A stretch of 64,000 nucleotides of DNA, taken from the NCBI GenBank assembly GCA_011772205.1, contig WVZY01000076.1, positions 5,092 through 69,091 of the forward strand. The letters are read 5' to 3'. The notes beneath the pieces were generated by a model. It ran no database searches, had not been told where the DNA came from, and saw only the letters and a list, made by a program, of their open reading frames with translations. Below are positions 8,814 through 17,355 of the stretch, one piece after another. Every line of letters starts with the position of its first letter. Position 1 is the stretch's first letter. Origin of the DNA: Candidatus Latescibacterota bacterium (GTDB taxonomy: Bacteria; Krumholzibacteriota; Krumholzibacteriia; WVZY01). The position numbers were made by a program, and so were the translations under genes.

Positions 8814-10796
8814 TCAGAATCGCCCGGTTAGGTAAACGCTGAAGAGATTTGTGAGAGATTCGCTATCCTGATCACTCCAAGTAATCCTGCCATCGATCCG
8901 CTGATATTGCAATTGTACAGAACTGTTTTTATTGAGACCGTATCGGGTGGTTACTACAAGTGCTTTTCGAACTTCATCGAAGGGACTGACGCTTCCTTTT
9001 CTCCATTTCCCGTGATCCAGCCACCCTACACCTCCGCCCAATCCATTCGGCAGTTCAACATCGATCGATGCACCCAATAATGATGCTTTCTCCCTGTCAG
9101 CTCCAGTTACGAGGACTTCCAACTCGCGAAGCCTTTTGTAGAAAAGTGAGACGACGGCAACATCCCTGAAGACCGGAATATCAGTGGAGAACCGGACACC
9201 CTCTCTATCCGGCTCGTATGAGAGGGCAGCGAATGGCGAGTAAAAGTTCGCGGTCAAGTAGAGATAATCCGCTCGGAATCTCCAGACAGGTAACCGTTCG
9301 AAAACGACGCCCGCAATGCCGCCTCTGCCCTCAACTTTGAGAAGATCATCGCAGCAACTCACACCGAAACCATGGCTCTTTGCCTGATTCCACACTATCC
9401 ACTCGCCTCTCAAATCGACAGAACGAACAATTGGGACGTTCCAGGTAGCCGTTATGAGTATCGATTCATTCCAGGGATACACAACTGGATAGCCCAGCCG
9501 GATGAAATCCACCGAATGGCGGTTTTCCCAGCTTCCTACTAGATGGAGTCCGGCTTTCCAAGAGGAGCCCGTGCGCGAATCGAATTTTTTCCAAAGAGAT
9601 TCGAATCCATATATCTCGAGGGAGTAATCTGCCCTCTCTGCACCCGTGGAACGAACTTCCAGATAGGTTGTCTCCGTTGCCCTCCGGGGAATTGCATAGA
9701 AAGCGCGTGTCTCTATATTGGGACTCCGGTAAAAAGTGATGCCTCCCTCGAACGTGAGCTCGGGATTCAGCTCTTCCAGGCTCTTCACGAGAAGAATGCC
9801 CGCCGTTGCACCACAGCCGCAGCTTGCGTTGCCTCCAACTCGTGGATTATCGTCCCAATCCCAGCGCATCAATGTGAGAGGTGTCATGAAGATTTCATAA
9901 TAGCCGAGCCTCAAAAGGAATCTTCTAGCCGTTATTTCAGCGTAGGCGCTCCCCCATTCGGATCCCAAATATTTCGGTCCCGCTTCGAGGACTTCTTTGC
10001 CTTCGTTGCTGATCCGGAGGAGGCCGCCGATTCTCACGTGCCTTCCGAGCCTACGGGACATTTCGAGTTCGAACCTGAAGAGGAGATTGTTGCCGGGATG
10101 CACCTCTTCACCGTAGGGTCCTGCTGCGTCCATTCCTCGAGCATCTATACCGAGAAAACGGATCCTCTGATCCCCTCGAAACACGATTCCTCCAAGATAG
10201 CGCACACCCTCGTCTGCTTCTTCGCCGCCCGGCACTGCGACTTCTTCCACCTCCCGACCGGCGATACTTACCTTCTCGGCTGCGAGCATCTCTTTCATGA
10301 TCGCTTGGATGTCGCCTTCCGGATCGGGCTTGCGGGCGATGATCTCTCCGCGCTGATCCACGAGGAACAGTGTGAACGTCCCGAGTGGCGCGTTATAGTT
10401 CTGTGCAGCTTCGCCACCGGTGTCCCAGGCTTGGGGGAAGGTAATGCCGTTGGCTTCGATCAGCTGGCTGACTTCGAACAGATTCCCTTCATCGAGGTGG
10501 ATTCCAAATACGCCGATGTTTTCGGTTGCGTGATCCTGGTAGAAAAGTTCGCAGCCCGTGAGCAGTTCGACACAATGGGGACAACCGCTCTCCCAGAACA
10601 CCAGAAACGTATATGCGTGTGAGGAGAAAAGTTCGCGGGAGTTCATGTAACCGTCACCGCTCAAAAGGGGCATATCGAATAACGGCGCCCTGCTGCCGGG
10701 TACAGCGGATTGAGGATTCTCAGCGGCGACCGGAGCCGGTACGGTCTGAGGCAAAAGGAAAAGGGCGAACGTAAGTATGCTGGGAACTGCTTTCAT
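8814..10796 (-). CDS. Secreted thioredoxin-fold (CPHC active site) domain fused to a large probable outer-membrane beta-barrel domain
   Basis: Signal peptide MKAVPSILTFALFLLPQTVPAPVAA. Thioredoxin-like segment FLVFWESGCPHCVELL. About 450 aa of alternating amphipathic beta-strand-like sequence ending in ...LFSVYLTGRF, the C-terminal aromatic typical of OM barrels. Confidence 0.6.
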   Translation of the reverse strand: MKAVPSILTFALFLLPQTVPAPVAAENPQSAVPGSRAPLFDMPLLSGDGYMNSRELFSSHAYTFLVFWESGCPHCVELLTGCELFYQDHATENIGVFGIHLDEGNLFEVSQLIEANGITFPQAWDTGGEAAQNYNAPLGTFTLFLVDQRGEIIARKPDPEGDIQAIMKEMLAAEKVSIAGREVEEVAVPGGEEADEGVRYLGGIVFRGDQRIRFLGIDARGMDAAGPYGEEVHPGNNLLFRFELEMSRRLGRHVRIGGLLRISNEGKEVLEAGPKYLGSEWGSAYAEITARRFLLRLGYYEIFMTPLTLMRWDWDDNPRVGGNASCGCGATAGILLVKSLEELNPELTFEGGITFYRSPNIETRAFYAIPRRATETTYLEVRSTGAERADYSLEIYGFESLWKKFDSRTGSSWKAGLHLVGSWENRHSVDFIRLGYPVVYPWNESILITATWNVPIVRSVDLRGEWIVWNQAKSHGFGVSCCDDLLKVEGRGGIAGVVFERLPVWRFRADYLYLTANFYSPFAALSYEPDREGVRFSTDIPVFRDVAVVSLFYKRLRELEVLVTGADREKASLLGASIDVELPNGLGGGVGWLDHGKWRKGSVSPFDEVRKALVVTTRYGLNKNSSVQLQYQRIDGRITWSDQDSESLTNLFSVYLTGRF

Positions 10797-11009
10797 TGAT
10801 ATCAGTATGATTGAGTACGCGTCCCAAGATGCCCGCAGCTCAAGATTGTACACCGAGTGCAAGCGCGACACAGCGGAAATCGCACCATTGTCTCAGCAAA
10901 TTTCTCGCATTTCGCCGAGATATTTACTGAGACAGAGAGGCGAAGATGTAGTATCATCAAGGCTCTATGTAAACGTAACGATCTCGAAACACTAGATTTT
11001 GGAGCGGTG

Positions 11010-11651
11010 ATGCAAAATTTCCTGGCACAATGCGAAGAGGCCGTTTTAAAAGGCGAAAAAGCGCGAGCGGTGGATCTCGCCGCATCCGCCCTGGATAAAG
11101 GCTATGATCTCCTGGAGGTCATCGAAGGCGGTTTTTCAAAAGGAATCCGGAAGGCCGGAGAGCTGTGGGAAAAGGGTGAGTACTTCCTCCCGGAGCTTGC
11201 CTTCAGCGCGGAAGCGATGAAGGACGCTATGGAAGTGCTCCAACCCGGTCTGCTCGAGAGTAGCGAGCAGAGTCGCACAAAAGGGAAAGTGGTCATTGGA
11301 ACCATCCAGGGCGACATACACGACATTGGCAAGACGCTGGTCGCAACCATGCTGGCGGCAAATGGTTACAACGTCATCGATTTGGGAGCGGACGTCGCTT
11401 ATTCGAGATTCATCGAAGAAGTGAAGAATCAAAAACCGGAGCTTCTTTGTATGTCCGCCTTGCTCACCACGACAATGGCCGGGCAGGGACATGTCATCTC
11501 CCAGCTCGAAGAAGGGGGACTGAGGTCGCAAGTAAAGGTAATGGTTGGAGGGGCGCCGACGACTGCGGCCTGGGCGGAGGAAATCGGCGCAGATGGTTAC
11601 GCGGAGAATGCAGTCGAAGCGGTTCAGAAGGCGAACTCGCTTCTAATATAA
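11010..11651 (+). CDS. Corrinoid (cobalamin)-binding protein of a methyltransferase system (MetH B12-binding-domain / MtxC-like)
   Basis: B12-binding helical cap plus a Rossmann domain with GDIHDIGK (DxHxxG), SALLTTT (SxL) and VMVGGAP (GG) motifs. Confidence 0.85.
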   Translation: MQNFLAQCEEAVLKGEKARAVDLAASALDKGYDLLEVIEGGFSKGIRKAGELWEKGEYFLPELAFSAEAMKDAMEVLQPGLLESSEQSRTKGKVVIGTIQGDIHDIGKTLVATMLAANGYNVIDLGADVAYSRFIEEVKNQKPELLCMSALLTTTMAGQGHVISQLEEGGLRSQVKVMVGGAPTTAAWAEEIGADGYAENAVEAVQKANSLLI

Positions 11652-11833
11652 AAAAGTGTCCCGCAAGAGACCGACCAACGGCGTGCTGCACCTGATGGCT
11701 TCGAGTGCTGGCCAACCTTCTTGGAATGATCGATGTCTTTTTTGACGAAGCGGAGACACGCTGAGTGGAATCGGACTTAGTGATACTAAAAACTATTTGA
11801 GGATCATTAGAAACGATAGGACGCAGGAAAACG

Positions 11834-12787
11834 ATGACAGGCAAAATTGACCTTATCGAGCATTTTCGTAAAGGCAATGTTCTTTTTGATGGCGCGATGG
11901 GTAGCATGCTGATTGCCAAGGGGCTCCAGACAGGAAAACCTCCTGAAGAGTGGAACCGGTCCAAACCGTCCATCGTGCTTCAGATTCACAAATCTTATTT
12001 GGAGGCCGGCGCGCACATTATCGAAACGAACACCTTCGGCAGTACGCCTTCCCGTATGGCAAGCTTTGGCCTCGGTGACGAAGCGGGAGAATTGAACGTT
12101 GCTGCCGTCCGGTTAGCGAGGGAAGCCATCGCCGGTTTCAACCACGATCGTTCGGGGAAAAAAGGCGTTGCAAAATCCAATAACGAGATTGTACCTGGTT
12201 CTGCCGGCAGGTTCGTAGCATTCTCCATCGGTCCAACCGGCAAGATGCTCCCTCCGGTGGGGAACGCGAGCGAAGAGGAAATCAGAGCAGAATTTACCCA
12301 TCAGATAGAAAGCATCCGGAATGATGTCGATCTCTTCCTCATCGAGACGATCTTCGACACGAGAGAAGGGATCATAGCACTGGATGCCGCGAAAGCGCTC
12401 ACGACCGTTCCCGTCGCCGTGACTCTTACTTTCAGCAAGAATCCTCGCGGATTCTTCACGATTATGGGAGACGAAGCAAAAGATGCGATCGGGAAGCTCG
12501 AAAGAACCGGAGCGGATATAGTCGGCGCAAACTGTACGATCGCCAGCAAGGACATGGTGGAACTCGCACGGATACTGAGGGACAGCACATCCCTCCCGAT
12601 ACTTTGCCAGCCTAACGCCGGAAGTCCAACTGTGAAGGGAGGGATCCCTGTTTACGAGCAGCGACCGGAAGAATTCGCTGACGACGCCATACGGATTTTG
12701 GCCGAGGGGATTAACGCGGTTGGCGGTTGTTGCGGGACGACTCCTGAATTCATTCGCGAGGCTGCCGACAGGATGATCCGCCGGTGA
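11834..12787 (+). CDS. Homocysteine S-methyltransferase domain protein (MetH/BHMT-type Hcy-binding TIM barrel, Pfam S-methyl_trans)
   Basis: GAMGSML...ETNTFGST, then the zinc-ligand motif GANCTI...VGGCCGTTPEFI characteristic of the Hcy-binding domain. Confidence 0.85.
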   Translation: MTGKIDLIEHFRKGNVLFDGAMGSMLIAKGLQTGKPPEEWNRSKPSIVLQIHKSYLEAGAHIIETNTFGSTPSRMASFGLGDEAGELNVAAVRLAREAIAGFNHDRSGKKGVAKSNNEIVPGSAGRFVAFSIGPTGKMLPPVGNASEEEIRAEFTHQIESIRNDVDLFLIETIFDTREGIIALDAAKALTTVPVAVTLTFSKNPRGFFTIMGDEAKDAIGKLERTGADIVGANCTIASKDMVELARILRDSTSLPILCQPNAGSPTVKGGIPVYEQRPEEFADDAIRILAEGINAVGGCCGTTPEFIREAADRMIRR

Positions 12788-12829
12788 GTGGAGAACGGAA
12801 CGCACTAGCGGCCAAGGAAGCATCAGGCT

Positions 12830-13498
12830 GTGAGTAAGCTGCATCGATCAAGAGGATTCCAAATCGCAGTTAATAGAGTAGAAATCGCGCGGGTTCTCGG
12901 ATACAGGCGCAGTCGGATCCCCAAACGTGTGCGCGTGGTCCTTGACGAGATAGAGCCCACGGCCCGGGAGTTCGTCTCCCCTGCCTGTGTTTATCGTTAT
13001 ATGGTTCATGAAGAGCTATCTCAATCGGAGTACCTGCGCTGTTTGGATCAGGTGGTCCTCTGTCTCGTTACAATCGGCGGCCGCCTGGAGGAGGAAGTGG
13101 AACGGTACAAGCATGAAGGGGACCTGAGTCGGGCGCTGATCCTGGATACGTACGGATCTGCGGCGGCTGAGGCGGCAGCGGATGCAGCTGAAATGATGAT
13201 CCAAAGGGAAATCAGTTGCAAAGAACTGAAGTGCAGTTCCAGGTTCAGCCCGGGTTACGGCGAGTGGGATGTGGTGGAGCAGAGATGGATCCTTCCCGCC
13301 CTTCAAAGCGAATCCCTTGGTGTTCATCTTACCGAGGGCTGCATGATGGTTCCGAGAAAATCGATCACGTTCGCCGTCACCTATGGTGAGACTCCTGTCT
13401 CGCTTCGCGACGAGGGGATGTGCGAGGTTTGCGGGATGGTGAATTGTAGGTTCAAACGCATGGGTGGAGAGCACCCTGAAACAAGGAAAGAGAAATGA
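12830..13498 (+). CDS. MetH-type reactivation (AdoMet-binding activation) domain-like protein
   Basis: GTG start. Contains SRFSPGYGEWDV, which resembles the MetH activation-domain AdoMet-binding motif (written from memory as RxxPGY...). Stop overlaps the next start (ATGA at 13495). Confidence 0.65.
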   Translation: MSKLHRSRGFQIAVNRVEIARVLGYRRSRIPKRVRVVLDEIEPTAREFVSPACVYRYMVHEELSQSEYLRCLDQVVLCLVTIGGRLEEEVERYKHEGDLSRALILDTYGSAAAEAAADAAEMMIQREISCKELKCSSRFSPGYGEWDVVEQRWILPALQSESLGVHLTEGCMMVPRKSITFAVTYGETPVSLRDEGMCEVCGMVNCRFKRMGGEHPETRKEK

Positions 13499-14982
13499 AA
13501 GACGTTCATCGGCCCAAGATCAAGATGCTCTCGGAAGAAAATGTAAGGCAAATCGTCGGAGAAGCGCTCAAGACGCTTGCGGAAGTGGGTGTCTTCGTCG
13601 AAAACGATGAGGCAATCGAGCTCCTCGCGAGCGCCGGGGCGAAAGTCGCTGATGATCGAAAGAGGGTGTTCATCCCCGAGGAACTGTGCAATAAGTGCAT
13701 AAAAACAGTTCCCAGCTCCTACTCACTATACGATAGGGAGGGAAATGAAGTCGCCCGGATAGGTGGAGACGACGTGTTGTTCGACCCCGGTTCGGCAGCA
13801 ATTTATATCTATGATTTTCCAGAACAGAGGATTAGGAAGCCAGCAACCCAGGATGTCGTCGAATTCGTTATTCTCTCCGATGCGCTTCCGGCATTCAAAG
13901 CCCAAAGCACCGGCGTCGTGCCCGACGACCTGCCCGAAGACCTCGCAGACAGGTACCGGCTGTTCCTCGCTCTCATTTATGGGAATAAGCCCGTCGTTAC
14001 CGGGACGTTCACAAAAGAGGCATTTCCGACGATGCTCGCATTTCTCGTATCCGTGCGCGGTGGGAAGGAAGCATTGAAAGAAAAGCCGCTCGCCATATTC
14101 GACTGCTGTCCATCACCGCCCCTCATGTGGAGTGATCTTACGTGCCAGGCGCTGATCGACTGTGCCAGGAACGGCATACCCGCAGAACTCGTTTCCATGC
14201 CCCTTACGGGCGCCACCTCTCCGGTGACCCTGGCGGGTGCTCTCGTCCAACACACGGCTGAGGATCTGAGCGGCATCGTGATTCATCAGCTGGCAAATCC
14301 GGGGGCACCGATCAACTATGGCGGCTCACCCGCGTGTTTCGATATGCGGAAAGGCACCACGCCCATGGGAGCAGTGGAGACGATGATGATCGATGCCGCC
14401 TACGCCCAGATTGGAAAGTCATTCGGATTCCCCGTTCACGCATACATGGGACTGAGTGATGCAAAGCTTCCCGACTACCAGGCGGGATTCGAAACGGCCA
14501 TGGGAGCAACGATCGCTGCGCTGGCGGGAGTCAATGTGATATCGGGTCCCGGAATGCTCAATTTCGAGAGCTGCCAGAGTCTCGAAAAACTGGTCATTGA
14601 CAATGAGATTTGTGCGATGGCCGACAGGTTGATCGACGGCATCGCATTCCGCGAGGATGTGGTGGGATTCAATATTCTTCGCGAATTCGCCGACAGCAAA
14701 TCCTTCCTTACCTCGGAGCACACGAGGCGCTTCTTCAGAGAGGAAGTCTACTACCCTTCCAATGTGGTCGACCGTTCGACGGAGGGTGAGTGGGAAAAGG
14801 ACGGATCACTCTGCACGGCGGAAAGAGCGCACAGAAAAGTGCGCGAGGTTCTGGACAAGCCGGAAATCGTACCGCCTGGCAAAGCCGTCGTCGATGAGCT
14901 CGAATCGGTCATGAAAGCGGACGCGAAGAAATACGGAATCGACGAACTTCCCGATTGGAGATGCTACTTGGGCTCCGGTTGA
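13495..14982 (+). CDS. MttB-superfamily (trimethylamine-methyltransferase family, non-pyrrolysine) quaternary-amine:corrinoid methyltransferase (MtgB/MtpB/MtcB-like)
   Basis: 495 aa with no in-frame amber codon. Family-typical length and order of motifs (e.g. NYGGSPACFDMRKGTTPMGAVETMMIDAAYAQIGK, GVNVISGPGMLNFESCQSLEKLVIDNEIC). Translationally coupled to the upstream gene. Confidence 0.75.
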   Translation: MKDVHRPKIKMLSEENVRQIVGEALKTLAEVGVFVENDEAIELLASAGAKVADDRKRVFIPEELCNKCIKTVPSSYSLYDREGNEVARIGGDDVLFDPGSAAIYIYDFPEQRIRKPATQDVVEFVILSDALPAFKAQSTGVVPDDLPEDLADRYRLFLALIYGNKPVVTGTFTKEAFPTMLAFLVSVRGGKEALKEKPLAIFDCCPSPPLMWSDLTCQALIDCARNGIPAELVSMPLTGATSPVTLAGALVQHTAEDLSGIVIHQLANPGAPINYGGSPACFDMRKGTTPMGAVETMMIDAAYAQIGKSFGFPVHAYMGLSDAKLPDYQAGFETAMGATIAALAGVNVISGPGMLNFESCQSLEKLVIDNEICAMADRLIDGIAFREDVVGFNILREFADSKSFLTSEHTRRFFREEVYYPSNVVDRSTEGEWEKDGSLCTAERAHRKVREVLDKPEIVPPGKAVVDELESVMKADAKKYGIDELPDWRCYLGSG

Positions 14983-15251
14983 TGAATCCTATCAAAACCT
15001 CATTCTTAACCCTCATGCGTCGAAAACGATCCTCGAGCGTCCCTTGAGTACCCCTCGGCTCATGGTCCTCGCGCGCGTCTAAAGTTGTAGAGCGCTACGG
15101 AAATCGCCTCAGGGCAACCAAGGCATGCTGATTATTGTGGACCCTATCATATCGCACCGCATTGCGCTGACGTCAGGGGCATTTTTTTAAAGCATTAAGG
15201 CCGATATCGTCTGGAAATCTAAGGGGACATCAATCGAGATTCAAGATGCAT

Positions 15252-15788
15252 TCAAATGACGCCCCTGGCTTTCAAGGTATCGATAAACTCCTGCACAACA
15301 CCTTCCATGAATAGCTGATAATTGGGGTATTTCGTCTTCTCATCCATAACTTTGATATAGGGTCCGGCCTCCTGTGTCAGACTATCCAGCGTTCGCCATG
15401 CAAGATGTACAGGGCTTCCCCAATCTGCAGAAGATAAATATTCATATCCAACCTGCAACGTATCATTGAAGCCATCCAGGTTCAATTCCGTGGAATCATT
15501 TTGACTGAGGCGCAAAATGAAGCGAATGTCTTCTTGTAAATGGACGTTATTCGACTCGAAAACTCGATTGATGATTTGGCGAGCTTCGTTTTCCGTTACC
15601 ATGTCCGCCATCACCGGCGGTGGACCTACGGTACCGGCACTGTCGCAAGACTCGATTAGAGCAATCATTGCCAATGTCATGGCTCCACGTTTTAAAAGGT
15701 TCCCCGGGAAGGAGGGAGGCTTTCGAAAATAGAGTCCCTCCGGGTATTTAGCTAGATCATAATTCTTGGTCTTTTGAATCTGCAGCAT
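15252..15788 (-). CDS. Hypothetical protein, co-operonic with the radical SAM/SPASM gene (32 nt overlap)
   Basis: 178-aa ORF starting ATG 15788..15786 inside the 3' end of the rSAM gene. No recognisable domain. A possible internal start lies at 15680 (MTLAMIALIES...). Confidence 0.4.
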   Translation of the reverse strand: MLQIQKTKNYDLAKYPEGLYFRKPPSFPGNLLKRGAMTLAMIALIESCDSAGTVGPPPVMADMVTENEARQIINRVFESNNVHLQEDIRFILRLSQNDSTELNLDGFNDTLQVGYEYLSSADWGSPVHLAWRTLDSLTQEAGPYIKVMDEKTKYPNYQLFMEGVVQEFIDTLKARGVI

Positions 15789-16944
15789 CTCGTCTCCCCT
15801 TTCTGACCATGCAATCTTCTATGTATGATGAGATCGGGAATGTTTTCTCGTAGAATTTGCGCTTGAACAGCTCAGAATTCTTGCTCCAGAGTTTGTTTGC
15901 CAACCGATCGACGATAGGCATTAGCATCCGTTCGTGCTCGCAAATGATTGGAGGGATATGATTTAATTGCCCTGTTGCGCGCCAGTTGACGCATCCGCAG
16001 TACGTAGCGCAGCGACCTTCGAGAGCACATCCAGAACATGATTTCTTCTCCGAATAATTCTGTTCTATGTAATAACGTCGACGCGAGTCGTCGAATCCGT
16101 TGAATACATCGCCTATTGAGTGCTTCTGATGCCATTGATTGTCGGTACCGATGAACTGAACACATGGGTAGATACGTCCGGAGGCTGCTATGGCGATCTG
16201 GGAATTTGCCAGGTCGCACAGATCGCCATTGTCGTACCGTTTTTGTGCGTGGGTTTTTATTCGTTCATCAAACGGGCTGTAATAGATCTTTACCCCATTC
16301 AATATCTTTTCATAGTAGTGATGAGATAGTTTCTTGTACTGCTCTCTCAAAAGCTTGATGTGTTTTTCCCGCCATTGAGCTGAATAATCAAGTGTTTGCA
16401 AGATATAATGAAAGCCTTTCGTGAGTAAATCTTGGACACCTGACGCTAAGTATATTGCGGTTTCCGGCACGACAACAGATACAGCGGGCGTGTAGGGATT
16501 GAATTCGAAAATTTCATCCAGGAGTCTGACTGCTGAACGGTAGGAGCCTGTGTCGCAGAGATAACGCCTGGTTTTATTATGTTGCTCTTCGCTTCCGTCT
16601 ATGCTCAAGACGAAATAGATCTCTTTTTCTTTCAGATAAGCGAGAGTATCCTGGTTGAGCAGCGTTCCATTGGTGCTCATTCGGAATTTGATTTTTCCTT
16701 TGTGCTCGAGATGGCAGTACGCCACTATCTCCTTCATCAAATCGAAAGCCAGAAGGGGCTCACCTCCGAAAAATGTGACGATGCAGGAACGATCTGAGTT
16801 ATCACAGAGAAAATCAACTGCTCGCCTTGCTGTCTCAAAATTCATGCTTTTTTTCAGCTTCTTGCCGGTGTAGCAATAGGTGCAGCGAAGATTACAGTTA
16901 TGCGTCAAGCACAACGCCGCAAATTTTATTTTGGAAAACTCCAT
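15757..16944 (-). CDS. Radical SAM enzyme with C-terminal SPASM domain (anaerobic sulfatase-maturase / peptide-modifying maturase family)
   Basis: CLTHNCNLRCTYC (CX3CX2C) near the N-terminus, FGGEPLL, and a C-terminal auxiliary-cluster Cys motif CSGCALEGRCATYCGCVNW. Confidence 0.85.
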   Translation of the reverse strand: MEFSKIKFAALCLTHNCNLRCTYCYTGKKLKKSMNFETARRAVDFLCDNSDRSCIVTFFGGEPLLAFDLMKEIVAYCHLEHKGKIKFRMSTNGTLLNQDTLAYLKEKEIYFVLSIDGSEEQHNKTRRYLCDTGSYRSAVRLLDEIFEFNPYTPAVSVVVPETAIYLASGVQDLLTKGFHYILQTLDYSAQWREKHIKLLREQYKKLSHHYYEKILNGVKIYYSPFDERIKTHAQKRYDNGDLCDLANSQIAIAASGRIYPCVQFIGTDNQWHQKHSIGDVFNGFDDSRRRYYIEQNYSEKKSCSGCALEGRCATYCGCVNWRATGQLNHIPPIICEHERMLMPIVDRLANKLWSKNSELFKRKFYEKTFPISSYIEDCMVRKGRRDAADSKDQEL

Positions 16945-17118
16945 GGAAGTGCACCGGATTTGAATAAGTCCAGATATGGGTGGGGATTTGCTCAGGGGGC
17001 AGCGCCAGCTTCAAGCTTAAATATGCTTGAGGTCGCATAGAACGTCAACATGATTGGAGACCGAGGCCGCTAAGTTTTTTCTGGCTGCCACGGCATGTAG
17101 CCACCCGAGCTAATTGGG

Positions 17119-17182
17119 TTGAAGAAGCTAACCAAAGATGTTATAATAAATTATGCTGCGCCGGCCTCCGGAGGCGTAGCAT
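17119..17182 (+). promoter_or_regulatory. Candidate sigma70-like promoter (TTGAAG-N17-TATAAT) followed by a 30-bp near-perfect palindrome (ATGCTGCGCCGGCCTCCGGAGGCGTAGCAT), possible operator in the rSAM / M1-peptidase divergent region
   Basis: ttgaag at 17119-17124 and tataat at 17142-17147. Palindrome at 17153-17182. Confidence 0.3.
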
Positions 17183-17355
17183 AGGGCGAATGGAGCCGAT
17201 AACGTTCCCTCGCCGCTCAATCGCCTTATAAATTAATAGAGACTGCTTGGTTCAGCATTCGCCCACTCTGTTCATTTCTGTGCTTTGCTATCGAATCCAT
17301 CATATGAGCTTCTTTCCCTAACCTTGGTGACTCTTATATAACTGGGGGTGTGACA

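Noticed and set aside
10857-11009. Longer start (10857) for the corrinoid protein.
   Set aside because: Homology to B12-binding proteins begins near 11010 (MQNFLAQCEEAVL...), and the upstream 51 codons overlap the convergent or divergent neighbour region without an RBS.
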